A stretch of 64,000 bases of DNA from a virus: the IMG/VR virus record IMGVR_UViG_3300025141_000031, one strand, 5' to 3'. Below, one piece after another: positions 19,514-30,073 of this stretch. Numbering within the stretch: the stretch's first letter is position 1; each line of letters begins with the position of its first letter. A program made the translations under genes and the position numbers. The notes below the pieces were generated by a model. It saw only the letters and a list, made by a program, of their open reading frames with translations. It was not told the DNA's origin and made no database searches.

Positions 19514-20378
19514 TTTTATAATAGTTTTTTAATTCTTGAATAAATTCGTTATAAACATTAGTAGATGTAGAATAAGTAAATATCTGATAGTATAAAGAAT
19601 CAGAATTTATACCATACAACTGAAATTTAGTTGCAATGTCGTTTGGGATAGAACTTTTATTTACTGTAATTACAGGACATGTTTTTTCTCCCACTATCTT
19701 ATCAGTTCCTAATACATTAACTAGTTTAGAAGAGTTCTGTACTATTTTACTTCGCAATGATTCTAAATCAAAATCTTGTAGAGTTTTTTTAAGATGCTTA
19801 AATAAGTGTATTGGAGCAGTAGTAGGAAGCTGATGCTTATATGAATAACTTAAATAATTAGAAAGACTCAAATATGAGAATTTAGAATCATTAGCTAATA
19901 AATCGGTATGGTCTTTATGTACTCCCACAATTGATAATCCTGGATAGGAACCTAATAGTTTGTTACTACATGTAATAAATATCTTAGTATTGTCTGGTAA
20001 ATCATAGAAAGGAAAAGAACTAATGGCATCAACAATACAACCTTCTTTAGTAAAGATGTTACTGTTAGAGGTCTCTAACTGACAAAACATTTCAATAGTT
20101 TCTGACCTTGATGATAAGTACACATCAACAAGCTCTTTCCATCTGGATTTGAACTTACCTTCATTTCCTATCAGTTCTATAATTTTACTACAAGAACGTA
20201 TAACTGCTTCTATACCAACTGTACCACTTCCTGGTATAAAGAGTATATGGTAATCATCTAAATCAAAAGTTGATTTTAACAAAGCATCTACCTCTCTATA
20301 AAGGTTGAAGAATTCTGCATCTCTATGAGAGTAATTTAGAGATAACTTAGACGTTATATGGGTATTAGGACCGAACAT
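19494..20378 (-). CDS. Class V PLP aminotransferase (PhnW/AGT-like, compact)
   Basis: MFGP, GSGTVGIEA, ETS, VDAISSF, SNKLLGSYPGL, PTT. Confidence 0.8.
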   Translation of the reverse strand: MFGPNTHITSKLSLNYSHRDAEFFNLYREVDALLKSTFDLDDYHILFIPGSGTVGIEAVIRSCSKIIELIGNEGKFKSRWKELVDVYLSSRSETIEMFCQLETSNSNIFTKEGCIVDAISSFPFYDLPDNTKIFITCSNKLLGSYPGLSIVGVHKDHTDLLANDSKFSYLSLSNYLSYSYKHQLPTTAPIHLFKHLKKTLQDFDLESLRSKIVQNSSKLVNVLGTDKIVGEKTCPVITVNKSSIPNDIATKFQLYGINSDSLYYQIFTYSTSTNVYNEFIQELKNYYKNEKIIL

Positions 20379-21459
20379 TGATATAGTCTTTTAATGTTTT
20401 ATACACGAGATCAAAGTGATTTTCTTTATCTAGCCAATTATTATAATATTTAGGTAATAATGGGCTTAATTCTTTTTTGTTTTCTAGTAAGAAATTTACT
20501 AATGTCGGATCTGAAGGGTTATAAAAGGGAGGCACGTATCCACACCATCCCACTTGCGGGTAACCAGAAGCATACGTTGGTTGTACTTCTAGGAAACATA
20601 TAGTTTCTTTATCAAAATCATATATTACATCTACTCCTTGATGGTTCAAATCCAGTACTTGAACAGCTCTTACAAGTTCATCCGAACATTCGGTCATTAT
20701 TTTTTCACAAAACCTATTATAGTAAATAAAATTATCAATGTGTTTAGAATTAAATTTACCTGCGGTGATAGCTAACCAATCATCTTGGTCTACTACTCTA
20801 CCATAACCTGATATTACTTTATCTCCAGCTACATGTATACGGAAAGATGAGTTTACTTTTCTATTAGTATCTACACAATTAATTAATTTAACACACATTT
20901 TTTTAGTGCCTATTCTACTATTAGTTGAAGTATAGGAAATAAAATCCTTATCCAATTGTTCTAAAGATGAAGCTAAATTAGATTCATTTTTTATTAAATA
21001 AGTATGTTTACCAGCTACACTATTATTTAATCTTAATAAAAACGGATATTCTATTTTATGAATATCCTGTTGGGCGTAAAAGTCTTTACTATCATCAAAT
21101 GTAAAAAAATCAGGACAGTGTATGTTATTTTCTTTCCATCTTTGAAATGTTTCTTCTTTGTTTTGAACAAACCTAAATCCTTCAACTGAGTTAGTTATGT
21201 AAGGTAATTTTCCTATTACATTATTCTGACTAACCATTCCGTCATATTCTTGTTTAGTTAATAATTCAGGATCAGGATACCATCTAATAAATTCAATACT
21301 ATCTTTGTATTTTTCATAAGCATCAAGCACGCTATGTCCATCTTCTCCATTAACATCTATTACAGGACCAAAATATTTTTCCATTGACTCACGCTCATAA
21401 ACTCTCCAATTTTTTGGAGCTCTTTGTGGTGATCTGTTTGCTGATATTACTTTATACAT
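20365..21459 (-). CDS. ATP-grasp (RimK-like) ligase
   Basis: NK..TF, YPFLLR, FRIHV, GVDVI...FLEVQ. Confidence 0.7.
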   Translation of the reverse strand: MYKVISANRSPQRAPKNWRVYERESMEKYFGPVIDVNGEDGHSVLDAYEKYKDSIEFIRWYPDPELLTKQEYDGMVSQNNVIGKLPYITNSVEGFRFVQNKEETFQRWKENNIHCPDFFTFDDSKDFYAQQDIHKIEYPFLLRLNNSVAGKHTYLIKNESNLASSLEQLDKDFISYTSTNSRIGTKKMCVKLINCVDTNRKVNSSFRIHVAGDKVISGYGRVVDQDDWLAITAGKFNSKHIDNFIYYNRFCEKIMTECSDELVRAVQVLDLNHQGVDVIYDFDKETICFLEVQPTYASGYPQVGWCGYVPPFYNPSDPTLVNFLLENKKELSPLLPKYYNNWLDKENHFDLVYKTLKDYINVRS

Positions 21460-22165
21460 ATTTTTTTACTTTATGACCAAATCCGCGTTCGTATATACGA
21501 CGTTGAATTGACTCTTCTATTGTTTTATGTGCAGCACCAGATTTGAAATGAATTATTTTGACAGAATCATCAACTTTTTCTTTTTCATAACACGACACTA
21601 CATGTTCTGGCACTATACCTATTTTTATTTTATCCTTAAATTCTAAGTATATCTTACTTAATGCAGGACTTTCTTTCCATGGTGTAGATATTGTTGGAAT
21701 TGTATCTATCCATTTATCCATAAACTCTAAACAAGGTTTATTAATCGATACATAACTTCCTAACATAGGTGTATGATGATCAGGTCTATTACATATTTGA
21801 ATATCCATATCTATATCAATTAATGATGAAATTTCTTGTAAAACTAAACAATCTGAATCAATCATTAATATTGGAGTAACATCGTATTCCTTAAGTATTG
21901 CTCTTAATCCAATTGTTTTTGCAACTACTGTTTTTGTCCAATCGGTTGATGTATTTCCATCTTTGAATGTTGTATTTACATCGCTACCTATAATATGTAC
22001 CTTTTCAAATTGATTTAACCAATTAATATCTTTTTGTTCTAGGCCTGCATCTAATATAAATAAATAGTTACAGTCATCTATGTTATGTTCGAAATAAGAT
22101 TTAATAAAAATCTTACCGAATGTCATATATGCCGAATTTAATACTGTGTATACTGAATGTTTCAT
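21452..22165 (-). CDS. GT-A nucleotide-diphospho-sugar transferase
   Basis: LMIDSD (DxD), IIHFK. Confidence 0.7.
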   Translation of the reverse strand: MKHSVYTVLNSAYMTFGKIFIKSYFEHNIDDCNYLFILDAGLEQKDINWLNQFEKVHIIGSDVNTTFKDGNTSTDWTKTVVAKTIGLRAILKEYDVTPILMIDSDCLVLQEISSLIDIDMDIQICNRPDHHTPMLGSYVSINKPCLEFMDKWIDTIPTISTPWKESPALSKIYLEFKDKIKIGIVPEHVVSCYEKEKVDDSVKIIHFKSGAAHKTIEESIQRRIYERGFGHKVKKYV

Positions 22166-22845
22166 AATAATTCGTCTAGTGTTTTAAATTCTAATCCTTG
22201 TGGTTTCAAATGATTTAATGATAATTGTAATTGATTATAATTTCTTTCGCTCCATACATTATCATTATGGTCTCCTGCAATATGAGACTGATACATTATC
22301 CTTCCGTCATGTAATGAAATATTTGTTTCATGAATGCCATCATGACCAGTAAATGTTTTACAATCCCATTTAAACCCATGATTATGTTGTTCATGAATAG
22401 CTGCATATTTAAAATTTGGTCCTAACCATTTAATTGCTGTTTCTGTTGCTAGCCAGCCTGGATTTCTCCATCCTAATGGTTTATGTCCTACTTCAGACCA
22501 TTCATCCATCATTTGCCAGATTCTTGATTTTATTTTATCTTCATTATGCATATCAGGAGATTCGGCAAATTCACATTCTCCAAAACCACCTGCATCACAT
22601 TTATGATAATGACCATGAGCAGCTAATTCAAAATATCCTTTTGATTTTAACCAATCAATCCATTCCTTATGTTCTGATATCGGAAATTTATTATGATAAT
22701 TAGATGGTATAAATAATACAAATTTAGCACCAAATTCTTTATTTAATGCGTCTAAGTATTTCATACAATCATCACCTTCTAGTCCCCATCCTTTCTCTGG
22801 ATGTATATCATCTATACATATAACTACTTCCATACGTCTTCCCAT
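22162..22845 (-). CDS. Polysaccharide deacetylase-like (DUF2334/NodB fold)
   Basis: IDDIHP, AAHGHYH, EF, GWRNPGW. Confidence 0.8.
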   Translation of the reverse strand: MGRRMEVVICIDDIHPEKGWGLEGDDCMKYLDALNKEFGAKFVLFIPSNYHNKFPISEHKEWIDWLKSKGYFELAAHGHYHKCDAGGFGECEFAESPDMHNEDKIKSRIWQMMDEWSEVGHKPLGWRNPGWLATETAIKWLGPNFKYAAIHEQHNHGFKWDCKTFTGHDGIHETNISLHDGRIMYQSHIAGDHNDNVWSERNYNQLQLSLNHLKPQGLEFKTLDELL

Positions 22846-23777
22846 GTATAAGATTTATAATTTGGATTGAATAAATTATAACAATTTTGTTCACTCATAT
22901 GATTTGCCTTTACATACCAATCATTACTTCTTCTTTTTTCATTCATAGTCCCGTCAACTCTTTCATCTTTAATATACATTCTTTTCTTCGGATGATTTCT
23001 ATTATGAACTAACAATATATTCTTTATTACATATTGTGGTATGTTTCCTAATACTCTATTTGTCATTTGCATAAATGCAGAATCTTCATGAACAAAGAAA
23101 ACAGAAGTTGGAATATTAACGCCAGCTCGAACGACCTCCGAAGAGATAACCAGTCCACACCCGTTAAACTTATGTTGTGGTAGTATCTGTACATCTAATT
23201 CTTCTGTCTTTGCATTTATAGCATTCATTTCAATTTTAGGCATTGTATATCTTAAGCTCCACCAATGTTCTGGCTTAAATTGTTCTGGTTTATCATAAAA
23301 TGGTTTATCTGTAAAATCTGGATGTTCTAATGGTAGCCAAGTATTGTCCCACATCTTACATGTACCAAAGAATGCTAAATATTTTGGATTATTATTTTGT
23401 AATGACATTTGATGTAAGTTATCTAATATAACAAACATTTGCCTTGGTAATAAGGCATCGGATTCACCCCATATAAGAACATCTACTTGATCACAGTAGT
23501 CATTGTTAAATCCTTTCCTATAGTCTGCAATTGTATGAAGATCATCCGTATAACGAACGTTTCCAAAATTACATATTGATTCAATTTTTTCAATACATTT
23601 ATTCATTTGTTCTTCTGATATACATTTTTCTAAATCTTGATTCATTACAACTGTAAAATCAACTATAACTTGTCCATCATATTCAGCCATAGCATCCTTT
23701 AAGGAATCTACATATTCCTCAATAATATCACATTCAAACCATTGAACCAAACATCCTATTGCAAATTTAGTCTTCAA
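22824..23777 (-). CDS. GT-A/GT2-like glycosyltransferase
   Basis: WGESDAL, HEDSAF, LVH. Confidence 0.6.
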   Translation of the reverse strand: MKTKFAIGCLVQWFECDIIEEYVDSLKDAMAEYDGQVIVDFTVVMNQDLEKCISEEQMNKCIEKIESICNFGNVRYTDDLHTIADYRKGFNNDYCDQVDVLIWGESDALLPRQMFVILDNLHQMSLQNNNPKYLAFFGTCKMWDNTWLPLEHPDFTDKPFYDKPEQFKPEHWWSLRYTMPKIEMNAINAKTEELDVQILPQHKFNGCGLVISSEVVRAGVNIPTSVFFVHEDSAFMQMTNRVLGNIPQYVIKNILLVHNRNHPKKRMYIKDERVDGTMNEKRRSNDWYVKANHMSEQNCYNLFNPNYKSYTWEDVWK

Positions 23778-24513
23778 GATTAAATCTTTTCTTTAATATG
23801 TTCCATGTATCTCGCATTAAATTATTTCTATGCGTCTTTTCAAATCCATTAAAATGCCATAACCATGCACAATCAATAAACATAGCCTCTTGTAATACAC
23901 CTCTTTGATGTAATTGTGTAAAATTCCATTTTTTATTTAAATGAGTAATCGGATATCCTTCTCTCCTAACTAGATAATTAATTGGAGTTTGGTCCGAACC
24001 TTTCTTTAGAGTTACATGTTGTCTATCTCTTAACTCAGCTTCATTAGCATAATAAAAATCTGTAATAGTTTTACATAATGCTTTATGTTTAGGTGACATA
24101 ACTATAAATCCATTATTCATATATGTTGTCCAATCAAATTTAGTATCTGGAAACATATCTTGGTATCCTATAATACTGTTATGTACCCATTCAACCATTA
24201 TATCGTCTTGTACTCCTGAATATTCTCCATTTGTTTCATCAAAGAAATTTGGAGCTTCTGGATGTATCATTGTATCTACATCTACTAATGCAACTTGATT
24301 ATAGTCAATGTCATTTGCTTCTAATATTTCAAACACATGCCATCTTTGCCAAGTTGGTTTCATTATCTTTTTATCTCTTAACTCATCTGATAATATAAAT
24401 AACTCTACATTATGTTTTTTACACCAGACCTGCCATGATTTAAAACACCATTCTTTATAATCTAATATATCTGGTGCTTGTTCAAAACATGTCATGAATA
24501 CTATATTTTTCAT
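23767..24513 (-). CDS. GT8/GT34-like glycosyltransferase
   Basis: VDVDT, YMNNGFI, DQTPIN, WHFNG. Confidence 0.8.
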   Translation of the reverse strand: MKNIVFMTCFEQAPDILDYKEWCFKSWQVWCKKHNVELFILSDELRDKKIMKPTWQRWHVFEILEANDIDYNQVALVDVDTMIHPEAPNFFDETNGEYSGVQDDIMVEWVHNSIIGYQDMFPDTKFDWTTYMNNGFIVMSPKHKALCKTITDFYYANEAELRDRQHVTLKKGSDQTPINYLVRREGYPITHLNKKWNFTQLHQRGVLQEAMFIDCAWLWHFNGFEKTHRNNLMRDTWNILKKRFNLED

Positions 24514-25739
24514 CTACCAATTCTAATTATATTAACACCATCTTGATCACTAATCATTCCCCATGGGTCTAATACTATAGAACCTTTTGGAAATTTATAA
24601 TCTAAAAACTTATCATGATTTGTTCCTATAAAATAACATTGTTTTATCAATTCAATATCTTCTTTATCTACCCAAGGATCATACATATCAACTTGTTCAC
24701 CTCTTTCTTCTAATAGATTTTTAAGTAGTATAGATGGGCTACCAACTGTAAGATTTGTTTCTTTCTTAAAACATTTTCCTAGTATAGTTACTGGCATGTC
24801 ACCTCTATGTTCAACAATTAAATCTGCTAACCAATCAGTCTGCTCTTCTCTACAGATCATTAAACTTTCATACCAATCATATCTCATATTTAATTTTTTG
24901 GCCATATATGATAAAGCAATGTTATCTCTAGGATGACATCCTCCACCATCTCCCATACCTCCTAAAAGATATTTTGGACTCATTAATCTTTCTGTTCCTA
25001 AAAATAATCCTTTCATAACATTATCACAATTTACATTATCTAATTTATGAGCCGCTTCCATTACCACATTTGCTAAACATATCTTCATTGTAATATATGT
25101 GTTATATGTTACTTTAATCATTTCAGCTTCTTCTATGGTACATTTATATACAGGCTTATCATGTATTGTAGTATATAATTCCTTTGCTTTATTATATGCA
25201 TCTTCATTATCCATTCCAAATAATACAAATTCAGGATTTTCAAAATCATTTCTTGTAGTACCCATTGCAATAAAGAATGGATTATAACATAACTTAACAT
25301 TATCATTAAGTAATGGTTTGATTTCATTTCTTATCGTTCCTGGTAATACTGTTGATATAATTACAACTATTTTATCTTCACCTTGTTTTGCAATTTCATC
25401 TGATAATACTTTCATACCGTTTTTAAGATATGTATAATCAAAATCTACTCTTTCTTTTGGTAATCTTGTTGTTCCTTCATATCTCTCATCATGAGGTGTT
25501 TGAATTGGAACAAATATAATTTCTGAATTTGAAACTACTTCCGATACATTAGACCATTTTATATTATGATCTTTTAAGAGATCAGGAGTTCCTGATTCTC
25601 TATATGGAATTTCTTTTGTATCTAAAATATCCTTTACTTGTGGATTAATATCATACCCGTATACATTATGACCTTTATTGTCAATTACTAATGCGCATGG
25701 TAATCCTAATTTTCCTAGTCCTATAAAACCTACATTCAT
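24510..25739 (-). CDS. ugd: UDP-glucose/GDP-mannose dehydrogenase (full length)
   Basis: GLGKLGLP, QTP, STVLPGT, YNPFFI, DGGGCHPRD. Confidence 0.9.
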   Translation of the reverse strand: MNVGFIGLGKLGLPCALVIDNKGHNVYGYDINPQVKDILDTKEIPYRESGTPDLLKDHNIKWSNVSEVVSNSEIIFVPIQTPHDERYEGTTRLPKERVDFDYTYLKNGMKVLSDEIAKQGEDKIVVIISTVLPGTIRNEIKPLLNDNVKLCYNPFFIAMGTTRNDFENPEFVLFGMDNEDAYNKAKELYTTIHDKPVYKCTIEEAEMIKVTYNTYITMKICLANVVMEAAHKLDNVNCDNVMKGLFLGTERLMSPKYLLGGMGDGGGCHPRDNIALSYMAKKLNMRYDWYESLMICREEQTDWLADLIVEHRGDMPVTILGKCFKKETNLTVGSPSILLKNLLEERGEQVDMYDPWVDKEDIELIKQCYFIGTNHDKFLDYKFPKGSIVLDPWGMISDQDGVNIIRIGR

Positions 25740-26492
25740 TTAATTTCTCCTTATCTTACAAACAGGTATTGCTTGCATTTTATGTTTATTAATTTTATTC
25801 ATCTTATTGTAAATATAATAAATCTTTTTCTGTTTTCCAAATAAATCTTCAGCTTTTCCTTGAAAATTCATTGCCCATTCAAGTTCATCATATGTTGCAC
25901 CTAACTGGTCCTCATCTGTTCTATCATCTCCCCATAATCCATCAGTTGGTGCGGCCTTAATAATTTCATCACATACTCCAACTTCTTTTGCTAACATTCT
26001 AACTTCTGATTTCATTAAATCTGCTATTGGTGAAATATCAACTCCACCATCACCATATTTTGTAAAGAATCCTACACCAAAATCTTCTACCTTATTTCCA
26101 GTTCCAACTACTAATCCATTATTAGTTTGTGCAATTTGATATAAAGTAGTCATTCTTAATCTAGCTCTCGAATTTGCTAATGCTAATTCACATGGATTAT
26201 CTGCAAATAACATTGCAAATGTATCATACACATGAGATAAATTAAATTCTGAATATTGTATATTTGGATATTTACATGCTAACCAATTCATATGTTTATG
26301 TGCTCTTGCAAGTTGTATTTTTTCTTGATATATAGGCATTGAAACTATAATTGTATTTAATCCAGTTTCTGCACATAAAGTTGATGTCAATGCAGAATCA
26401 ATACCTCCTGAGATTCCTATTACCAATGTATCTAACCCACTTGTATCAGAATAATCTTTTAACCATTTTATAATTTTTGTTTTTTTGTTCAT
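25740..26492 (-). CDS. nadE: NH3-dependent NAD+ synthetase
   Basis: GISGGIDS, RARLRM, GTGNKVE, FFTKYGDG, PTDGLW, DEDQLG, HK. Confidence 0.95.
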   Translation of the reverse strand: MNKKTKIIKWLKDYSDTSGLDTLVIGISGGIDSALTSTLCAETGLNTIIVSMPIYQEKIQLARAHKHMNWLACKYPNIQYSEFNLSHVYDTFAMLFADNPCELALANSRARLRMTTLYQIAQTNNGLVVGTGNKVEDFGVGFFTKYGDGGVDISPIADLMKSEVRMLAKEVGVCDEIIKAAPTDGLWGDDRTDEDQLGATYDELEWAMNFQGKAEDLFGKQKKIYYIYNKMNKINKHKMQAIPVCKIRRN

Positions 26493-28444
26493 TTTGATAA
26501 CCTTTTAACTTTTGTTTTATATCGTGCTACTCTTCGGCCGTACCATACTACTTGTTGGCCAAAATCATATGGTCCTTTATATGCTGGTCCATCGAATTCT
26601 AATTTATGGTCATTCTTACGAAGTACTTGTTTGTTTTCTATAACATCATGTATATTATAATTAAATGATTCTACCAATGGATATGTTTTCTTATGTGTTA
26701 TTAATCTATTATCTTGATATTTTAATATATCATTCAATAAATTATCTTCTATATTTAAGTCTAATGTTAATATAAATTGTTTCATATCAGTTAGAAACTC
26801 ATCATGATTCCTTGCGACTTTAATAGCTGTTGCCTCATCTGGTAGCCAATTAATAGGAGATATATCTTCTATAATAGTTCCCCAATATCTATTGTTATAT
26901 AATGTTTCATGTAAATCATTTTTAACCATTAAATATTCCTTACCGATAAACGTGGTTGGATTATGTATACAATAAGACATTAATTTTGTATAAAATTCTT
27001 TATATGTTATATCAAAAATATTTATTATAGATCTAGAAATAAATTGTGTACATCCTAAATAATGTCCAAATATTAATAACCATCTAAATTGATGACCTTT
27101 AATGTAATCCTCAGAAGTCATATCATTAGTTTGAATAACAAATTTTTCTGATTGGGTTGTTACTACTTCTGATCTTTTTGATATATCAACATGTGCGAAT
27201 CTCGGTTGTGTTTCTACCCATTTTATTCCATGTTCTTTTATGTATTCTGGGTCACCAAATGGAGTATTTGGTAATGCTGATAATAAGTGGCAATCTAAAT
27301 AATTATGGTATCCTAGTTCTGGAACTGTGGTCATACCTTCGATAAACGTCTTTAGGGTTTCTCCAGGTAATCCCCATATCAATTCAATATAACTAGATAT
27401 TCCTTTTGATTCATATAATTGTATCGTTTCTTCAAGTTTATCTTCAACTATATTCCTTCGTTTAATAGCTTTAAGTGCTTTTTTACTAAATGACTGTAAT
27501 GCAACTGTCATTCCTTTCTGAAGATCACCATCTTGTAATGTCTTTGCGAGATCTAATAACTTTTCAGCTTTTCCTTTTGCCCATGTCACTCTATATGCAT
27601 TTGGATATCCTGTTTCAACTTTTTTCTTCAATGCATATTTTGCAACTTTAACATCTTCATCATAAAATATTCCAAAATTAGAATTTGCATCTGTTACATA
27701 TTCAATTTCATTTTTCGAAAGCCAATCAATTTCATTAAAAAACTTTGTACCATAATTTGATTTTAGTTTTTGATAATATTTTCCCGACATTTCACAAAAT
27801 GCACAAAAATATGGACATCCTCTAGTTCCTTCTATAGTTGCATGCAACTTATAATTTGATTGTCTTTTATTTTTTTCTACTAACCAATCAAATAATCCAT
27901 CTAGATATGGACTCGGCATAGAATATAAATCCTGTATCCTTTCTCGAGGTAATGTTTTGACACGCTGCTTAGTTGTTTTATCTCGGAATGATATACCTTT
28001 AATAGATGAATAATCTATATTATCGTTCAAATTTTCTTTAAGTAATTCTGCAAATGTTATTTCACCTTCACCATGAATTAATACATCAACATATGGATAT
28101 TCTTCGAAAAAATCTTGTTGCCTATCAGGAAGTGGTTGGTGTTGTCCACCAAATACTACTAAACAATTAGGATATTTTTCCTTTATAGCTTTAGCTATTA
28201 TATTATTAAGATTCCAATTCCATAAAAAACAGGAAAATGCAAGTACATCTGGATCTTTAATTTTTGATATAATATTTTCTGGTTTATCGTTATGATAAAA
28301 ATAGTCTGCTAATTCATACTCCGAACTTAATAGTTTATCTTGTTTTACATACGACCAAACTAATCCTGATGAGTATGGTAAGTATACCTGGCCAGCTAGT
28401 ACATCTGATAATTCAAATAAGTATACTTGTTTTTTTGGTTTCAT
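26489..28444 (-). CDS. B12-binding radical SAM protein
   Basis: N-terminal cobalamin domain (FGGQ, HGEGE); TRGCPYFCAFC; GLPGET. Confidence 0.9.
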   Translation of the reverse strand: MKPKKQVYLFELSDVLAGQVYLPYSSGLVWSYVKQDKLLSSEYELADYFYHNDKPENIISKIKDPDVLAFSCFLWNWNLNNIIAKAIKEKYPNCLVVFGGQHQPLPDRQQDFFEEYPYVDVLIHGEGEITFAELLKENLNDNIDYSSIKGISFRDKTTKQRVKTLPRERIQDLYSMPSPYLDGLFDWLVEKNKRQSNYKLHATIEGTRGCPYFCAFCEMSGKYYQKLKSNYGTKFFNEIDWLSKNEIEYVTDANSNFGIFYDEDVKVAKYALKKKVETGYPNAYRVTWAKGKAEKLLDLAKTLQDGDLQKGMTVALQSFSKKALKAIKRRNIVEDKLEETIQLYESKGISSYIELIWGLPGETLKTFIEGMTTVPELGYHNYLDCHLLSALPNTPFGDPEYIKEHGIKWVETQPRFAHVDISKRSEVVTTQSEKFVIQTNDMTSEDYIKGHQFRWLLIFGHYLGCTQFISRSIINIFDITYKEFYTKLMSYCIHNPTTFIGKEYLMVKNDLHETLYNNRYWGTIIEDISPINWLPDEATAIKVARNHDEFLTDMKQFILTLDLNIEDNLLNDILKYQDNRLITHKKTYPLVESFNYNIHDVIENKQVLRKNDHKLEFDGPAYKGPYDFGQQVVWYGRRVARYKTKVKRLSK

Positions 28445-28446
28445 TT

Positions 28447-29385
28447 TTATAATCTATTTTTAGATAAGTATGTTTCAATATGATATGTTTCCATATCTAA
28501 ATTAAAATATGTTGCTGCACAAGCCAATAATGATTCATGATGAAACATTACATCACATTTAGACATTAATAAACATTCTAGTAACGCTTCTTCTCCTACT
28601 TGTGCTCGTTCATTTGGAAATATATCTGTACAAGTCATTTCCTTTACTTGATGATATGGCATTCCTTCTGGTATATAATGGTTATCGGTTCTCCTACATG
28701 GATAATAAATAACATTAGGTAAATTATCTTTCATAAAATTAATTCCTTCGGTAGTATCTGACGCTACGTATATTACAAAGTTATCATTATCTAATTCTTT
28801 AAGATATTCTTTAAGATATGCACAATAATGTTCCAATTTTACATTATTTTTTCTTTGTGTTTCTTTTGCGCCACGGCCTCCTCTTACATGTAAAGCTATT
28901 GTATGCTTTCCTTTCATGTTTGTATCAACAAATTTATCAACCTTTTCTTGAACTTGTGGTTTTATTTTTACATATTTTTGTATTATCCTATTTGCCTCTT
29001 TACGCATACGATCATCATCTTCGCGTACTGTTGGCCAATGACCTTTTTTATTTTTTAGTCCACTAGTACCATGATTTCTATACCCAAAACTTATCGGGAT
29101 TTCTTTCATTAACTGATTATCAAAACATGTTTGTATTATAGTTCCTTCTACTGTAGTTTCTGGTATGGTTTCGAAATAATATTCCCATGGGTTAGTTGAA
29201 CCATTATATGGTTCTGCACTTTCATATCCATAATCATAATTATTAGTTCCTCTACGTAGCCTGTATTGTACTATTGGTTCAATATTATTTAGATCACACC
29301 ATCTTAAATTATCCAACGTTTCTATAAAACTAGAAAAGAATCCCCATTGGTTTCCTTCAATCTTTAAATACTTATTCATCTTCAT
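28447..29385 (-). CDS. NodZ/GT23-like fucosyltransferase
   Basis: GFFS, NPWEYYFE, ALHVRG, IYVASD, LMSKCD. Confidence 0.75.
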   Translation of the reverse strand: MKMNKYLKIEGNQWGFFSSFIETLDNLRWCDLNNIEPIVQYRLRRGTNNYDYGYESAEPYNGSTNPWEYYFETIPETTVEGTIIQTCFDNQLMKEIPISFGYRNHGTSGLKNKKGHWPTVREDDDRMRKEANRIIQKYVKIKPQVQEKVDKFVDTNMKGKHTIALHVRGGRGAKETQRKNNVKLEHYCAYLKEYLKELDNDNFVIYVASDTTEGINFMKDNLPNVIYYPCRRTDNHYIPEGMPYHQVKEMTCTDIFPNERAQVGEEALLECLLMSKCDVMFHHESLLACAATYFNLDMETYHIETYLSKNRL

Positions 29386-30073
29386 TCATCTCTATATATT
29401 TTTGTAATTTTTTAATATCTTCAATACGTTCATCCTTTTTGTCAACATATATCTTCCTAACGTTATCTCGTGTACCTCTTTTAAGTCGTTCTTTATGTGT
29501 TTCATCTAAATAATGCTTACCTACAGATGGATGTAAATGTTCTGTATAAATATCTATTTTTATGAGTCTGTCTATTCCTTTTGCAACTTCTGTTAACCAG
29601 TAATCATTCATATCTGATGAAAAGTATGGTGGTAAGAAGTATCCTATAGTTTCTATCCAATTTTTATGTACAAATGGGTGAGTTGCTAGATCATCATTTC
29701 TTACACCATCATCTCCATAAACTAATACTATCTTATCTTCAAATAATTCAAAGACGTTTCTTACTTTAGCATCCCAATTATTTGTACGGAATCTTATATC
29801 ATCACCAGCTAAAAATAAAATCTCAGCTGAGGTTACTTGGTCGTAACAATCATTCCACATTACACTTAAATTTCCATCACCTCTCTTATCAATTACTGCG
29901 TGACAATTCTTACCTAATGATTTATACATTTCAATTGATTCTGTATCATCATTATCAATGTAAAATATTATCTCCAAATTTTCTTTATCTTCGGCTGTGT
30001 TGTATGCTGATTCCCATAACTCTTTCATAAAACTAGGACGTTTCCTGGTAGGGCATAATAAACTAATTTTCAT
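29372..30073 (-). CDS. GT2 glycosyltransferase
   Basis: ISLLCPTR.R, IDNDD, AGDD, EHLH. Confidence 0.85.
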   Translation of the reverse strand: MKISLLCPTRKRPSFMKELWESAYNTAEDKENLEIIFYIDNDDTESIEMYKSLGKNCHAVIDKRGDGNLSVMWNDCYDQVTSAEILFLAGDDIRFRTNNWDAKVRNVFELFEDKIVLVYGDDGVRNDDLATHPFVHKNWIETIGYFLPPYFSSDMNDYWLTEVAKGIDRLIKIDIYTEHLHPSVGKHYLDETHKERLKRGTRDNVRKIYVDKKDERIEDIKKLQKYIEMNEDE

